Below are positions 17,897-27,431 of a stretch of DNA of 53,075 nt, in pieces. The DNA is from Armatimonadota bacterium (lineage in GTDB: Bacteria; Armatimonadota; UBA5829; DTLH01), in NCBI GenBank assembly GCA_038207085.1, contig JBBRAE010000020.1, positions 1 to 53,075 on the forward strand, in the 5' to 3' direction. Position 1 is the stretch's first letter. Each line of letters opens with the position of its first letter. The notes under the pieces were generated by a model. It was not told the origin of the DNA. It made no database searches and saw nothing but the letters and a program-made list of their open reading frames with translations. Made by a program: the position numbers and the translations under genes.

Positions 17897-19891
17897 TCAA
17901 CGGCCTTCTGGCAAGATGTGTCGAGAATTATCAGCCGCTTTCAGGCCGGATTTGCAGTCTGACAGCAGTTTATCGAGCGTCGCTTCGTCCGCCGGGTCGA
18001 GCAAACCGACGCTTTGCATTGCCGTAACGTAGGTCTGATAAGATTTTCGCCGCTCCAGCCGCTCAATCGCGAGCTTAAACTGTCTTGCTGCGGCAGATTT
18101 GTCGCCCTCACGCAAATATTTTTCGCCGAAATAGTAGCGCGCCCAGGCAAAGTCGGGATTAACGGCCTCAGGGACGCCCTTCAGGGTCTCTGCTGGGCTC
18201 GATTCTTCAGTCACGAGCCGGGCGTACATCTCATCTGACGACTTCCCCTTCAATAGTCGAGCCAGGGCGAGCATCGCCGGAGTCGCGTGCGGGTCGACCA
18301 CCAGGGCTTGTCGATAGGCGTCGACCGCACGGGACACATCGCCTTTGTCGACGAGTATGCGCCCGAGGGAAATCTGGTGCTTGGCGCGGGTCGGCTCAAG
18401 CTCTATTGCGCGTCGAATGTGGCCGAGGCCGGTATCGAGCATCTCGCGGTCACCATCTGAGCTTGCTGCCAAGAGCTGGCCGAGGCGAAGCTGATGGTCG
18501 GCGCGCAAGGGATCGACCGCGGCAGCCGATGAATAGAGCGAAACGGCAGCGTCCCATCGTCCGTCGCGCATAGCCGATTCAGCCGAGTCATAGCGCGACT
18601 GTCCCAGCACGAACGAATACTGCAAGGCGATCATTCCGAGCAACACCACCGTGATAAGATACTTTGACCAGGGCTTCAGCAAGAGAACCCTTGAGTTCGC
18701 CGACTGAGCCGCGGCAAGACCGGCAAGAATCCAAAAAGTAAAGCCGATTGCGGCGTTGTAGATATCAGAATCCAATGTGTTTCGCACAAGAGCGGCTGCG
18801 AGCGCGCCGATTATCCCACAGGTCAGGAGCGGGGACGCCGATCCTCTGAATGATCTGAAGCCACCGGTGATCAGACCGACGAATGCGGCGGCGAGCGCAA
18901 GAAGCGCGAACACTCCAGAATCAGAAGCGATCTGAAGATAGGAGTCGTGCGCCATCTTGGTCGGGCCAGCAATGCGATACTTCGGGAACACGAGATCAAA
19001 CGTGCCTGCTCCGGTTCCAAGTATGGGGTTTGCCTTGATGATGCTCGCCGTCCCCTTCCATGTCGCGATCCGAAAGCTGCCGGAATGGGCCTGGGCCTGG
19101 GCGGCGGGGCCTGAGATGCGCGCCTCGGTCGGGGCCTTGGCAAGATAAGCCGCACCGGCGACCAGCACGAGCGCGATCACGAAGCGAAGAACCTGCTCCT
19201 TCTTGACCGCCCGCTGCCACAGTCCAAGAGCCAACAAAACCACCACACCTAAGGCAGAAGCGGCAAGGGCGACTCTAGTCCCGGTAAGGAGCAGGGAGTG
19301 GGCCTGTAGGGCAAGAGAGAGGGCAAAGAGGACGGCCCACATGCGACTCCGAGCACCAAGAAGCGCGGCAAATGTCACGGGGATGAGCAGAGTCAGGTAG
19401 CCGCCGAAAAACCCCGGGCTCTGAAACGTGGTAAAGACCCGCCACGAGCCTCCCTGGGAATGGTATTCGACTGCGGCAAAGACACCGAGAGCAAACCCGA
19501 TGCCGGCAAGTGTCGAGATAGCGACGGAGAGTGATTTCTCGCTCCGCAGGACCGATGAGGCCACAATCGCGGCGGCGGCGCATCCTGCAAAGTAGAGAGT
19601 GTCCGCAATCGTCGCATGAATACTCGCAGTAACGACCGACGAAAGCGCAAGAATCGCCACAAACGCGGCAAAAGGCCGGAATGCGACAGGTCTTGCCGAC
19701 CCTCGGCTCCAGACCAACACGATTCCCGCGGCAAGCGCGAATATCGCAAGGGTGCCGTCGCCGATCACCCCGCCACCACCGCCGATAAACGGCGCAAGCA
19801 GCAGCACAAGCCCGAGGACGAGCGCACAGGGGATATCAAATGTGGGAGACGTCTTTGTGTTCATCAGTATACGAGTAGATTGTATTGCCAC
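17897..19891 (-). CDS. O-antigen ligase/O-oligosaccharyltransferase family membrane protein with C-terminal TPRs
   Basis: TM segments, LTGTR, R...W...PILGTGAGTF and AHDSYLQ Wzy_C motifs, followed by TPR helices. Confidence 0.85.
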   Translation of the reverse strand: MAIQSTRILMNTKTSPTFDIPCALVLGLVLLLAPFIGGGGGVIGDGTLAIFALAAGIVLVWSRGSARPVAFRPFAAFVAILALSSVVTASIHATIADTLYFAGCAAAAIVASSVLRSEKSLSVAISTLAGIGFALGVFAAVEYHSQGGSWRVFTTFQSPGFFGGYLTLLIPVTFAALLGARSRMWAVLFALSLALQAHSLLLTGTRVALAASALGVVVLLALGLWQRAVKKEQVLRFVIALVLVAGAAYLAKAPTEARISGPAAQAQAHSGSFRIATWKGTASIIKANPILGTGAGTFDLVFPKYRIAGPTKMAHDSYLQIASDSGVFALLALAAAFVGLITGGFRSFRGSASPLLTCGIIGALAAALVRNTLDSDIYNAAIGFTFWILAGLAAAQSANSRVLLLKPWSKYLITVVLLGMIALQYSFVLGQSRYDSAESAMRDGRWDAAVSLYSSAAAVDPLRADHQLRLGQLLAASSDGDREMLDTGLGHIRRAIELEPTRAKHQISLGRILVDKGDVSRAVDAYRQALVVDPHATPAMLALARLLKGKSSDEMYARLVTEESSPAETLKGVPEAVNPDFAWARYYFGEKYLREGDKSAAARQFKLAIERLERRKSYQTYVTAMQSVGLLDPADEATLDKLLSDCKSGLKAADNSRHILPEGR

Positions 19892-19924
19892 TCGGCCCCG
19901 GTGTCAAATCCGAATTATGGGAAA

Positions 19925-19954
19925 GGCCGGGCAGTTGCCCATCTCTGCCCGGCC
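19925..19954 (-). terminator. terminator after the BON gene
   Basis: GGCCGGGCAG-loop-CTGCCCGGCC followed by TTT on the minus strand. Confidence 0.55.
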
Positions 19955-19974
19955 GGATGATGGCCCGTAATAAC

Positions 19975-20211
19975 TTACGCGGCGGAGATATGAGAGCCGC
20001 GCACGCGCACATTGTCGATCACGTGTCGCACTCCCGGCAATCCACGGATCAACTCAACTGCGACCTTGCACTGTGAATCCGAATCGCATATACCTACGAG
20101 GTATATGTCGCCGTTGGCTACGTAAACGTCGATCATCTGCCCGAAGGTACGTGTATCCTCAGCAAGCTTGCTTCGGATCAGAAACGACATGGCCTGCTCT
20201 CTAATGTTCAT
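19975..20211 (-). CDS. single BON-domain protein
   Basis: IDVYVANGDIYLVG...A.ELIRGLPGVRHVIDNVRV; GGGAG RBS. Confidence 0.85.
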   Translation of the reverse strand: MNIREQAMSFLIRSKLAEDTRTFGQMIDVYVANGDIYLVGICDSDSQCKVAVELIRGLPGVRHVIDNVRVRGSHISAA

Positions 20212-20361
20212 GTATATTGTCCACTCCCTTTAACTACCGGCATAATTGGGGCAGACGGAACGACACATTCGACCCAACCGTTGGCGCATAGCGCCGCCGA
20301 CATGTAATTAATAGCCAACGTCGGGGATAAATTAAACTCAGGTGTAGTGAGCAGACGGGAT

Positions 20362-20452
20362 TAAATAGCAGGTGGCACGGTCAGGATGCCACCTGCCTGG
20401 GGCAATAGAGGACGGTTATATGCCAAGTTATTGGCACCGTCCCGTAGGCAAA
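20362..20452 (-). ncRNA. candidate small RNA (about 90 nt) or attenuated leader
   Basis: Lies between a SigB-like promoter (20459-20484) and a terminator hairpin GCAGGTGGCA/TGCCACCTGC + TATTT; internal hairpin at 20410-20442. Confidence 0.35.
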
Positions 20453-20458
20453 ACGTGT

Positions 20459-20484
20459 TTACCCCATACACTGATGAGTTAAAC
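20459..20484 (-). promoter_or_regulatory. SigB/SigF-like general-stress promoter
   Basis: GTTTAA-N14-GGGTAA. Confidence 0.55.
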
Positions 20485-20684
20485 TTACTCTGCCATAAAT
20501 TTTCTAAAAAGTTTTTCACAGCCGTTGTTTATGCCCAACAGCTGACACACAACGGGCGTTACGGAAGGCCTTTGCACAACCGAACATGTCTATGACACGT
20601 GGAGCCTCGCGCCGGTCCTCGCACTGTGGACAGGGTTGACAGGGGGACGTGCGCGGTTTATAATTTTGCATCAAAAAGTGACTA

Positions 20685-20785
20685 CCCGCATAATTCACAC
20701 TTCTCGTGAGTGATGCGCAGCCCGCGACGGCGAGGATATCGCCGCCGACCTAGCCCGCTTTATTCGTGAAGCGAATAAAGCTTTC
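20685..20785. repeat. palindromic repeat element, copy 1
   Basis: 35-bp TAGCCCGCTTTATTCGTGAAGCGAATAAAGCTTTC (20751-20785) is identical to 23633-23667; a degenerate companion palindrome lies at 20685-20717. Confidence 0.85.
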
Positions 20786-20853
20786 GGCTTTCGAGCCAAC
20801 AACAGTGCCGTTGCCTGTTAATACATAGCCCGAAAGTCAATAGGAGTGACGCT

Positions 20854-21246
20854 ATGTTCGCACTCAATTTCTACTCTGAGATCTACGCGGATATGCTGCG
20901 AAAGGGCCGCAAAACGGCCACTATCCGCCTCGGAGATAAGTCACCCAAATATCAGACAGGCCAGCTCGTCTGGGTAACTGTCGGGCGCAGGTTTGGGCCG
21001 AGGCAGAGGCTCTTCACTGCGGTTATCGATGAGGTCATCGTGAAACCTGTGGACGAACTCACCGTGCGCGAAGTGCAGAAGGAAAACCCAGAGTTCCGGC
21101 TTTCAGAGGAAGTCATGACGCATCTATCGAGAATCCACGATCATGTCGTGACCCCGTTTGATACGGTCACGATCATATCCTTCTCCCCTGTACGCGAAGA
21201 ACCAAAGGCTGAGTTCGAGGATCTTTTCGAGCGTTGGCTGGTATAG
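20854..21246 (+). CDS. ASCH domain protein
   Basis: LNFYSEIYADMLRKGRKTATIR (GxKxxTIR motif); AGGAG RBS. Confidence 0.85.
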   Translation: MFALNFYSEIYADMLRKGRKTATIRLGDKSPKYQTGQLVWVTVGRRFGPRQRLFTAVIDEVIVKPVDELTVREVQKENPEFRLSEEVMTHLSRIHDHVVTPFDTVTIISFSPVREEPKAEFEDLFERWLV

Positions 21247-21248
21247 TA

Positions 21249-21292
21249 CAAAAAGAGGCCCGCCGCTTTTTAAGGGTGCGGCGGGCTATTTT
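21249..21292. terminator. intrinsic terminator
   Basis: A-run, GCCCGCCGC-loop-GCGGCGGGC, TATTTT. Confidence 0.7.
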
Positions 21293-21525
21293 CAGAAAGG
21301 AGAAAAAGAGTCGCAAGCGTTTATCTCTATCTATACTACGCGCCGCGTTCCCGTGTAGTTCCCAACTCCGCAATTTTTTTTCTAATTATTTATTTTTACC
21401 CATTCCTCAGGCAACCGCTCTCACAAAAACCCGTCCCAGTATAACAGCCGGGCTACATGCGTCTCCGGTCTCACCGCCAAACTGGCCAACAAATCTCATC
21501 TAACCTAAAGGATGGACAAGGGCGA

Positions 21526-22821
21526 ATGCGAAAACTGACCACACTCTCACCACTTGCGCTCTTTGTGCTGCTGTGCGCGCTGTTTGTTTCAACAGGAACA
21601 CTTCAGGCTGCCGCACAAGCTCCGGCACACGGATCGGGCGCTTATTACAACTGGGTGTCGACCTGCATAGACGGCATCCGCGATGATCTTCCCGCCATGA
21701 CTCCGACTCTCGACGCAGCGGCAAAACGCTACATCGAAGTTGAAGACAGCGTGATCGCCGTGATGGGTGACGAGGGCTTTACCGGAGAGGTCTCCGGCAG
21801 AAGCGGCGGTATAATGAAAATGCGCAACGGCCCGGGTAAGCCCACGAGCTCGATTGTGCTCTACGCGATCCGCGAGGACACCTTCGACAAGGCCGTCAAA
21901 GAGATGACCGACATGACCGACAATGGCGTGATTGTCGTAGCGTTTGGGCGCAAACAGATTTTGGACAGAGCGAAGAAAGCTGGGGCCAAGTGGACTGACT
22001 CAGTGGATAACCACGCAGCGGCCAACGGAGGACTGTTCAAGACCACGGATGGCGCATGGATCGTCCCAACCGACACCACGGCAAACGCGATTGCCTCCTG
22101 GACGTGGATCGGCGAGTTCCTTGCAGCATGCTCAAGAATTGGCAAGATGCCGGTAGTCTACGAAGGCTACGCTGTTCCCGGAGGCCAAGAGTGGGACACT
22201 CTGGTCGGAAAGAACAAGTTCCACGCGGAAGAGCCATTCAAAGCCGAACCCGGCAGATATGGACGCGACTTCCTTCGCAACATGAAAAAAGATATTGACG
22301 CGGTGTACTTCGGCGAGTCGACTAACATACACAAGGTCGCCGCGCTCGCGGTCCGCAACCGCAAAGCAGGAAAGGGCGTGTATACGTTCATCCACGGTCA
22401 CTGCGCGATGCAACACGTGGGGTTCCCCGGCGACCCAGGCTACCTCACCCAGTGCAACGACGGCTGGTTTGCACAGAAGAAAGACATCACCCTGAAGCGA
22501 GGCGACTTTGTCTTCTGCATAGGGTTCGATCAGATTTTCGAGGGCTGGCAGTTCGGCACGTGGACTTCGGACGCGCGCAAGGCAGGCGTGGTCCTCGCTT
22601 GGAGCATCACCGACTACAACGAGAAGGCCGAATGCGGCTATCGTGCTATTGCTCCGGGTGAGATACTGGTCGACCAGCGATGGTCGCTTGGCGACGCTGT
22701 GGTAAACGTGCCGATGCACCCTGTAAACATTCTTCCTACGAGTGGCGTGCTCGCGGAGTTTGTGCTCTGGTCCACAAACGCAGAGATTTACGATATGCTG
22801 ACCGGCAAAGCGACCTATTAG
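21526..22821 (+). CDS. secreted protein with two SIS-like (sugar isomerase) halves
   Basis: Signal peptide; EVSGRSGG, GKGVYTFIHGH, GDFVFCIG and GDAVV...ILPTSGV motifs resemble SIS_2/UPF0309 proteins. Confidence 0.55.
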   Translation: MRKLTTLSPLALFVLLCALFVSTGTLQAAAQAPAHGSGAYYNWVSTCIDGIRDDLPAMTPTLDAAAKRYIEVEDSVIAVMGDEGFTGEVSGRSGGIMKMRNGPGKPTSSIVLYAIREDTFDKAVKEMTDMTDNGVIVVAFGRKQILDRAKKAGAKWTDSVDNHAAANGGLFKTTDGAWIVPTDTTANAIASWTWIGEFLAACSRIGKMPVVYEGYAVPGGQEWDTLVGKNKFHAEEPFKAEPGRYGRDFLRNMKKDIDAVYFGESTNIHKVAALAVRNRKAGKGVYTFIHGHCAMQHVGFPGDPGYLTQCNDGWFAQKKDITLKRGDFVFCIGFDQIFEGWQFGTWTSDARKAGVVLAWSITDYNEKAECGYRAIAPGEILVDQRWSLGDAVVNVPMHPVNILPTSGVLAEFVLWSTNAEIYDMLTGKATY

Positions 22822-22836
22822 TAATAGTTACGATTC

Positions 22837-22866
22837 GCGCGCGGAGGTCTTATGGCCTCCGCGCGC
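22837..22866 (+). terminator. GC-rich hairpin after the secreted protein gene
   Basis: GCGCGCGGAGG-loop-CCTCCGCGCGC. Confidence 0.55.
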
Positions 22867-22903
22867 TTGCCGACAACATTTCATATTCATTGCATAAGAT
22901 GCG

Positions 22904-22932
22904 TTGACACTGCTTGGGCGGTATGATATAAT
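22904..22932 (+). promoter_or_regulatory. consensus sigma70 promoter P1 of the tRNA operon
   Basis: TTGACA-N17-TATAAT with TG extension. Confidence 0.85.
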
Positions 22933-22995
22933 TTGGGCGTTGGTGGTAGCTGTGCCGGTCAGCCAAAATGTCTGCAAAAAAGCAGGCTTTTGGTA

Positions 22996-23024
22996 TTGAC
23001 CTGAGGCTCGAAATCTGATAAGAT
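22996..23024 (+). promoter_or_regulatory. sigma70 promoter P2 of the tRNA operon
   Basis: TTGACC-N17-TAAGAT with TG extension. Confidence 0.7.
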
Positions 23025-23038
23025 TCTTTCTTGTGAGC

Positions 23039-23114
23039 GGGCGAATAGCTCAGTTGGGAGAGCGCTTCCCTTACAAGGAAGATGTCGGGGGTTCGAGCCC
23101 CTCTTCGCCCACCA
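23039..23114 (+). tRNA. tRNA-Val(TAC)
   Basis: Cloverleaf, anticodon loop CT-TAC-AA, GGTTCGA T-loop, CCA end. Confidence 0.97.
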
Positions 23115-23124
23115 TTTCACCCGC

Positions 23125-23201
23125 GGGGGTGTAGCTCAGTTGGTTAGAGCGCCTGCCTGTCACGTAGGAGGCCGCGAGTTCAAGTCTCGTCATCCCCGCC
23201 A
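23125..23201 (+). tRNA. tRNA-Asp(GTC)
   Basis: Cloverleaf, CT-GTC-AC loop, GCCA end. Confidence 0.97.
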
Positions 23202-23223
23202 CATTCCATTTTGCAACCGACGT

Positions 23224-23299
<76 letters not shown>

Positions 23300-23306
23300 C
23301 TGAACT

Positions 23307-23382
23307 GCCGACGTAGCTCAGTTGGTAGAGCAGCGCATTCGTAATGCGCGGGTCAGAGGTTCGAGTCCTCCCGTCGGCTCCA
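23307..23382 (+). tRNA. tRNA-Thr(CGT)
   Basis: Cloverleaf, TT-CGT-AA loop, TCCA end. Confidence 0.97.
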
Positions 23383-23395
23383 GATTTTGATCGTG

Positions 23396-23422
23396 AAAAG
23401 CCCTCTTTGCGGGGGCTTTTTT
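23396..23422 (+). terminator. intrinsic terminator of the tRNA operon
   Basis: AAAAGCCCTC-TTTGC-GGGGGCTTTTTT. Confidence 0.85.
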
Positions 23423-23632
23423 GTTGTACGGCCTCAAATATTGTAACTACTCAGGCCATGAGGCCACGACATAAGCTACTTGGCAGGGCTGAGGATAGCA
23501 TATACAGCAATCCGCAAGCCCTGCAATGATTGTGATACCAGAGCTTTACTCTGCGAATCATCCATATGTAGTAGTCTTACACATCCATAAGACTCTAGAT
23601 GTGACCTGAGTAGTTACCAAATATTAACCATT

Positions 23633-23714
23633 TAGCCCGCTTTATTCGTGAAGCGAATAAAGCTTTCTCTAACAGAGCATTATTCACGCTACTCGTGAAT
23701 AATGCGGGTTAGTA
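23633..23714. repeat. palindromic repeat element, copy 2
   Basis: 35 bp identical to 20751-20785, plus the hairpin GCATTATTCACG-CTACT-CGTGAATAATGC followed by GGGTTAG. Confidence 0.85.
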
Positions 23715-23874
23715 ACAATACCGTTTACTTGGGTACAAGGCTGATTGCCTAAGAGTCTTGATCTGCGATGTAGACTCTCGCAGCCGGACCCGAAACGGAT
23801 GAGTCATCACGCTCATTATTAGCCAAAGTAAACGGTATTGGGGTTAGTAACCAAGACCAGGTTTTTCTCGAATA

Positions 23875-23903
23875 TTGTCCAGGCCTGCATACTCTGCTAT
23901 AAT
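23875..23903 (+). promoter_or_regulatory. sigma70 promoter
   Basis: TTGTCC-N17-TATAAT with TG extension. Confidence 0.65.
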
Positions 23904-23949
23904 ACAAATGCTGAAGGCTTTGGGGAAACTGCAAAAAGAGGAGTCTGGT

Positions 23950-25014
23950 ATGCTTCCGGAACTACACAAGGACTACACACAAACCGCTGAGTTTCTGCGC
24001 AGGATGTGGCTTGGAGAGACTGCCCCAAGCAGGCCGGGGCTCATTATGAACGACAGTGTCAACCCAAACGACCCCGACTATGACCCATCCTGCGGACACC
24101 CGTTGATGCCGACACGCGCAATCAACGGCGACGACTACATCCCTCAGGTCGACACCAACAACGGCCCAAACGCTATGGCGAGCGCCTTTGGCGACGGCTC
24201 ACAGATGGCCGAACGCCACTGGGTGGACAAGGTCCTCGAAGATTTCTCAGAAATCGACACGCTGGAGAAGCCCAAAGTCACGTCGGGACTCGTCGGCGAG
24301 GCTATAGAAAAGACCCGGGAGCTCGTGAAGACGACTGAATTCTCGATTCGTTCGCTCGATCTGCAAAGCCCGATCACCGTCGCTACCCAGCTCCTCGGCG
24401 TTTCCGAAATCTTTACGGCGATGTACGACGACCCCAAACGCCTGCACAAGCTCCTTGATCTCCTAACTGATTTCACCATCGACGTGATCGAAGCCCAGCG
24501 CGAAGCTGCGCAAGGCCGTTTCGCGCCTGTCTATTGGCCGTGGCTGTGGTCACCGGGCGAAGTGGGGATTGAGCTTTCGGACGACTATATGCTTTCGCTT
24601 TCTCCTGAGCAGTTCGACGAGTTTTCGCTGCCGTGCCTTTCGCGTCTCGCGGAGCACTTCGGCGGGCTCTTCCTGCACTCCTGCAGCATCTACGAGCGCA
24701 ACCTGCCATCTATTGCGAAGATCCCGAACCTGCGCGGGGTGAACAGCGATCTTTCGATGTCCGCGCCGATCAGAAACATCCTAGATGCGCTTCCCGGCGT
24801 TGTGTATTCCCCTCATATCTATATGAATAAAGAGATATCGAGGCCGAGTCAGGCAGAATGGCTGCGGGAGATACTATCGGCGTGGCGGCTCGGCGACAGG
24901 CTCTTCCCCTGCGTGATAGGCGTCATCTACGATGACAGCACCCAAGCCGACCGGCGCACGGACTGGGAAGCGGTGAAACAGGTATGGTTCGAGCATGGCT
25001 TGGAGCTGAAATAG
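23950..25014 (+). CDS. uroporphyrinogen decarboxylase/MtaA-CmuA (URO-D fold) family protein
   Basis: DLQSP..A, MYDDP..LH.LL, SDD...LSPEQFDEF.LP and LHSC motifs; GAGGAG RBS. Confidence 0.8.
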   Translation: MLPELHKDYTQTAEFLRRMWLGETAPSRPGLIMNDSVNPNDPDYDPSCGHPLMPTRAINGDDYIPQVDTNNGPNAMASAFGDGSQMAERHWVDKVLEDFSEIDTLEKPKVTSGLVGEAIEKTRELVKTTEFSIRSLDLQSPITVATQLLGVSEIFTAMYDDPKRLHKLLDLLTDFTIDVIEAQREAAQGRFAPVYWPWLWSPGEVGIELSDDYMLSLSPEQFDEFSLPCLSRLAEHFGGLFLHSCSIYERNLPSIAKIPNLRGVNSDLSMSAPIRNILDALPGVVYSPHIYMNKEISRPSQAEWLREILSAWRLGDRLFPCVIGVIYDDSTQADRRTDWEAVKQVWFEHGLELK

Positions 25015-25125
25015 CACTGGTGTCACCAGCCGACTGTCATCCACTGATGGCTATCCCCCTATCCAAGATCGCCCGAACGCGGTATCATGCACCTTGACAG
25101 CACTCCAAACCAAAGAGGTGAACGA

Positions 25126-26232
25126 TTGACCGAACCCCGAAAGATCACGGGAATACTTGACACTCAGGACGGCAGAATGGGATTTCTCAGGCCCATATCG
25201 ACCGACATGAAACCGAGCCGCGACGACGTTTTTGCGCCGCCGCCGGTTGTGCTTGGAAACCGGCTTCGAAACGGGGCCGTGGTCGAGGGCGCATCCGTGA
25301 CAAGCAGCAGAGGTCCGCAGCTTGGGCAGGTGGATTCGGTCAACGGGGTTTCGGCAGAGGATTGGGCACGCATAAAGGACTTCGACAACCTGACACCGAT
25401 CCATCCCCGAAGGCAGATCGTCCTTGCGCCGGGCTCTGATAACCCCTCGATGCGGACGATCGACCTGATCGCGCCGATCGGCGAGGGCCAGCGGGCTCTG
25501 ATCGTCGCCCCACCCCGCTCCGGCAAAACCCGCCTGATCACAGAGATCGCCGACTCCGTAGCCGCAAACCACCCCGAGATGAGGCTCGTTGTGCTGCTCC
25601 TTGACGAGCGGCCCGAGGAAGTGACGCAGATGGTCCGGCAGGTGAAGGGTCAGGTGTTCGCGAGCTCAAACGATGAGGACGCGAAGAACCACATCAGGCT
25701 TGCGCGCCTCGCGCTCGACTACGCCAAGCGATGGGCCGAGGCCGGCGAACACGTCGTGCTTCTCCTTGACTCGCTCACACGCCTCGGCAGGTCAGCCAAC
25801 CTGGCGCAGACCGGCCCCGGCAGGACACTTTCGGGCGGCGTCGACGCACGTGCGCTCGAACTTCCCAGAAAGTTATTTGGAGCCGCGAGAGAGCTTGAGG
25901 AGGCTGGGTCGATCACCATCGTCGCAACGGCGCTGGTTGAGACCAACTCACGGATGGACGAGTTCATTTTTCAGGATTTCAAGGGCACCGGCAACTGCGA
26001 GATCGTCCTTCGCCGTGACCTGGCTGAGTCGCGAATATTTCCCGCGATCGACATCCGTGCCTCCGGCACCCGAAACGAGGAGATTCTGCTCGGCGAGAAG
26101 GTGGAAGCTCACAACAAGCTCCGCCGCCTGCTGCACGGGCTCACCCCTGAGGAGTCGATCAAGACGCTTCTCAAGATGATCGGCAATACGGGGAGTAACG
26201 AAGAGCTGCTGCGGTCGTTTGCGAAAAAATAG
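25126..26232 (+). CDS. rho: transcription termination factor Rho (short form)
   Basis: GFLR, DLIAPIGEGQR.LIVAPPRSGKT, LLDERPEEVT, LDSLTRL, LSGG, FKGTGN and SGTR.EE motifs; TTG start after GAGGTG. Confidence 0.92.
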   Translation: MTEPRKITGILDTQDGRMGFLRPISTDMKPSRDDVFAPPPVVLGNRLRNGAVVEGASVTSSRGPQLGQVDSVNGVSAEDWARIKDFDNLTPIHPRRQIVLAPGSDNPSMRTIDLIAPIGEGQRALIVAPPRSGKTRLITEIADSVAANHPEMRLVVLLLDERPEEVTQMVRQVKGQVFASSNDEDAKNHIRLARLALDYAKRWAEAGEHVVLLLDSLTRLGRSANLAQTGPGRTLSGGVDARALELPRKLFGAARELEEAGSITIVATALVETNSRMDEFIFQDFKGTGNCEIVLRRDLAESRIFPAIDIRASGTRNEEILLGEKVEAHNKLRRLLHGLTPEESIKTLLKMIGNTGSNEELLRSFAKK

Positions 26233-26307
26233 CGAAACCTGTCGTAAACAGGCAAAAGACACCGCCCCAGCTTCTGACCGTGGCGGTATTCGCAAGATGA
26301 ATGCCTT

Positions 26308-26700
26308 TCAAACTATTGAATCAGTGTCAGCCCTTCTTCGCCTGAACCTGACCGCAGCCATAGGCAGCAGTCCAAGGCTGAGTGCGGCGAGGGAGATGGG
26401 TTCTGGAACCGGCTCGAATGATGAGCTGTAGGCCACATAGTCCCAGTAGGATTGACCTAGACCACCCTGGGTGGCCCCACCAAAGCTAACAAAGTCTTGC
26501 CCACCAATACTCGTTACCCCTTGCGCAACGAGGTCTTGATCCAGCCATACGTAGGACTGTCCCTGAGCATTAATAGCTATGCGAAGAGTGTGGAAGACAG
26601 TCAAGTCAGACGAACTTCTTCCCTGGAGCAGACCCGTCCAAGCCGAACTGAGTCCTCAAAGATCGCTGCCCATCACGCCATGAAGCCTACCGGTGTGGGC
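26308..26700 (-). pseudogene. PEP-CTERM protein remnant, 5'-truncated next to the IS3 relic
   Basis: VPEPISLAALSLGLLPMAAVRFRRRR tail; the upstream frame is broken by stops and frameshifts. Confidence 0.7.
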
Positions 26701-26710
26701 GGTTGTACGC

Positions 26711-27335
26711 TTACATACCGGCACGCTTGATGACCTTCTGGTAGTCCCCGCAGGCATACTGCACGCCCCGACCCGAATGATGAATCAGCCTGTGAATCCG
26801 CCAGAGCGTGCAGCCCTTCTCAAGTCTCTGTAGCCCACGGCGAATGCGACGACTTCCATAGGCCCCACGGCTATCTTCAAAGGCTTTCTTGATAATCTCA
26901 GAAAGAGCCTCATCTTCTCTACCTCGAACACCACCAGCGTCTTTCAGCCACCCGTAGAAACCGCTCGTCGATACAGCGAGAACCCTGCACATCGCGGATA
27001 TATGGAACTGGCTTATGTTATCCTTCATGAATTGGTACCTTACAGCAGTTCCTTCGTGAAGATACCCCTGGGGTCGACAGCGGCATTCGCAGAATTCTGC
27101 TCCGGAGTCATTGTCCGGCTCCCATCTGTGCGAACACCATACTCTTTCACCCACCGGCGAAGCATGTCAGCGCCTATCCCCAACTCCTTCGCCGTCTGGC
27201 TCATCGGAACACTCGCCCGCTGCGCCAGCTTCACTGCCTCGCTCTTGAACTCGTCACTTTAACTCCGTCTTACCATCATTTACCTCACTCAGATTATACT
27301 ACTAACTGAGTGTCCGTTAGATGGGGTACAGTCCA
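26711..27335 (-). mobile_element. degenerate IS3-family element
   Basis: Terminal IR TGGACTGTACCCCATCTAACGGACA at 27335; orfA RRS*SDEFKSEAVKL..AKELGI with an in-frame TAA; orfB MCRVLAVSTSGFY/YGSRRI joined to an LIHHSGRGVQY fragment. Confidence 0.88.
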
Positions 27336-27337
27336 AT

Positions 27338-27363
27338 GTTTAGCGGATGCATCAAGTGGGTAA
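27338..27363 (+). promoter_or_regulatory. SigB/SigF-like promoter
   Basis: GTTTAG-N14-GGGTAA, about 70 nt upstream of the PAS-kinase gene. Confidence 0.55.
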
Positions 27364-27431
27364 TGCGTGGTTGGCGTCTTGTCCAGCTAACGCTGACAGT
27401 ACTTGTCAATATTAAATAAGGACATCGATTA

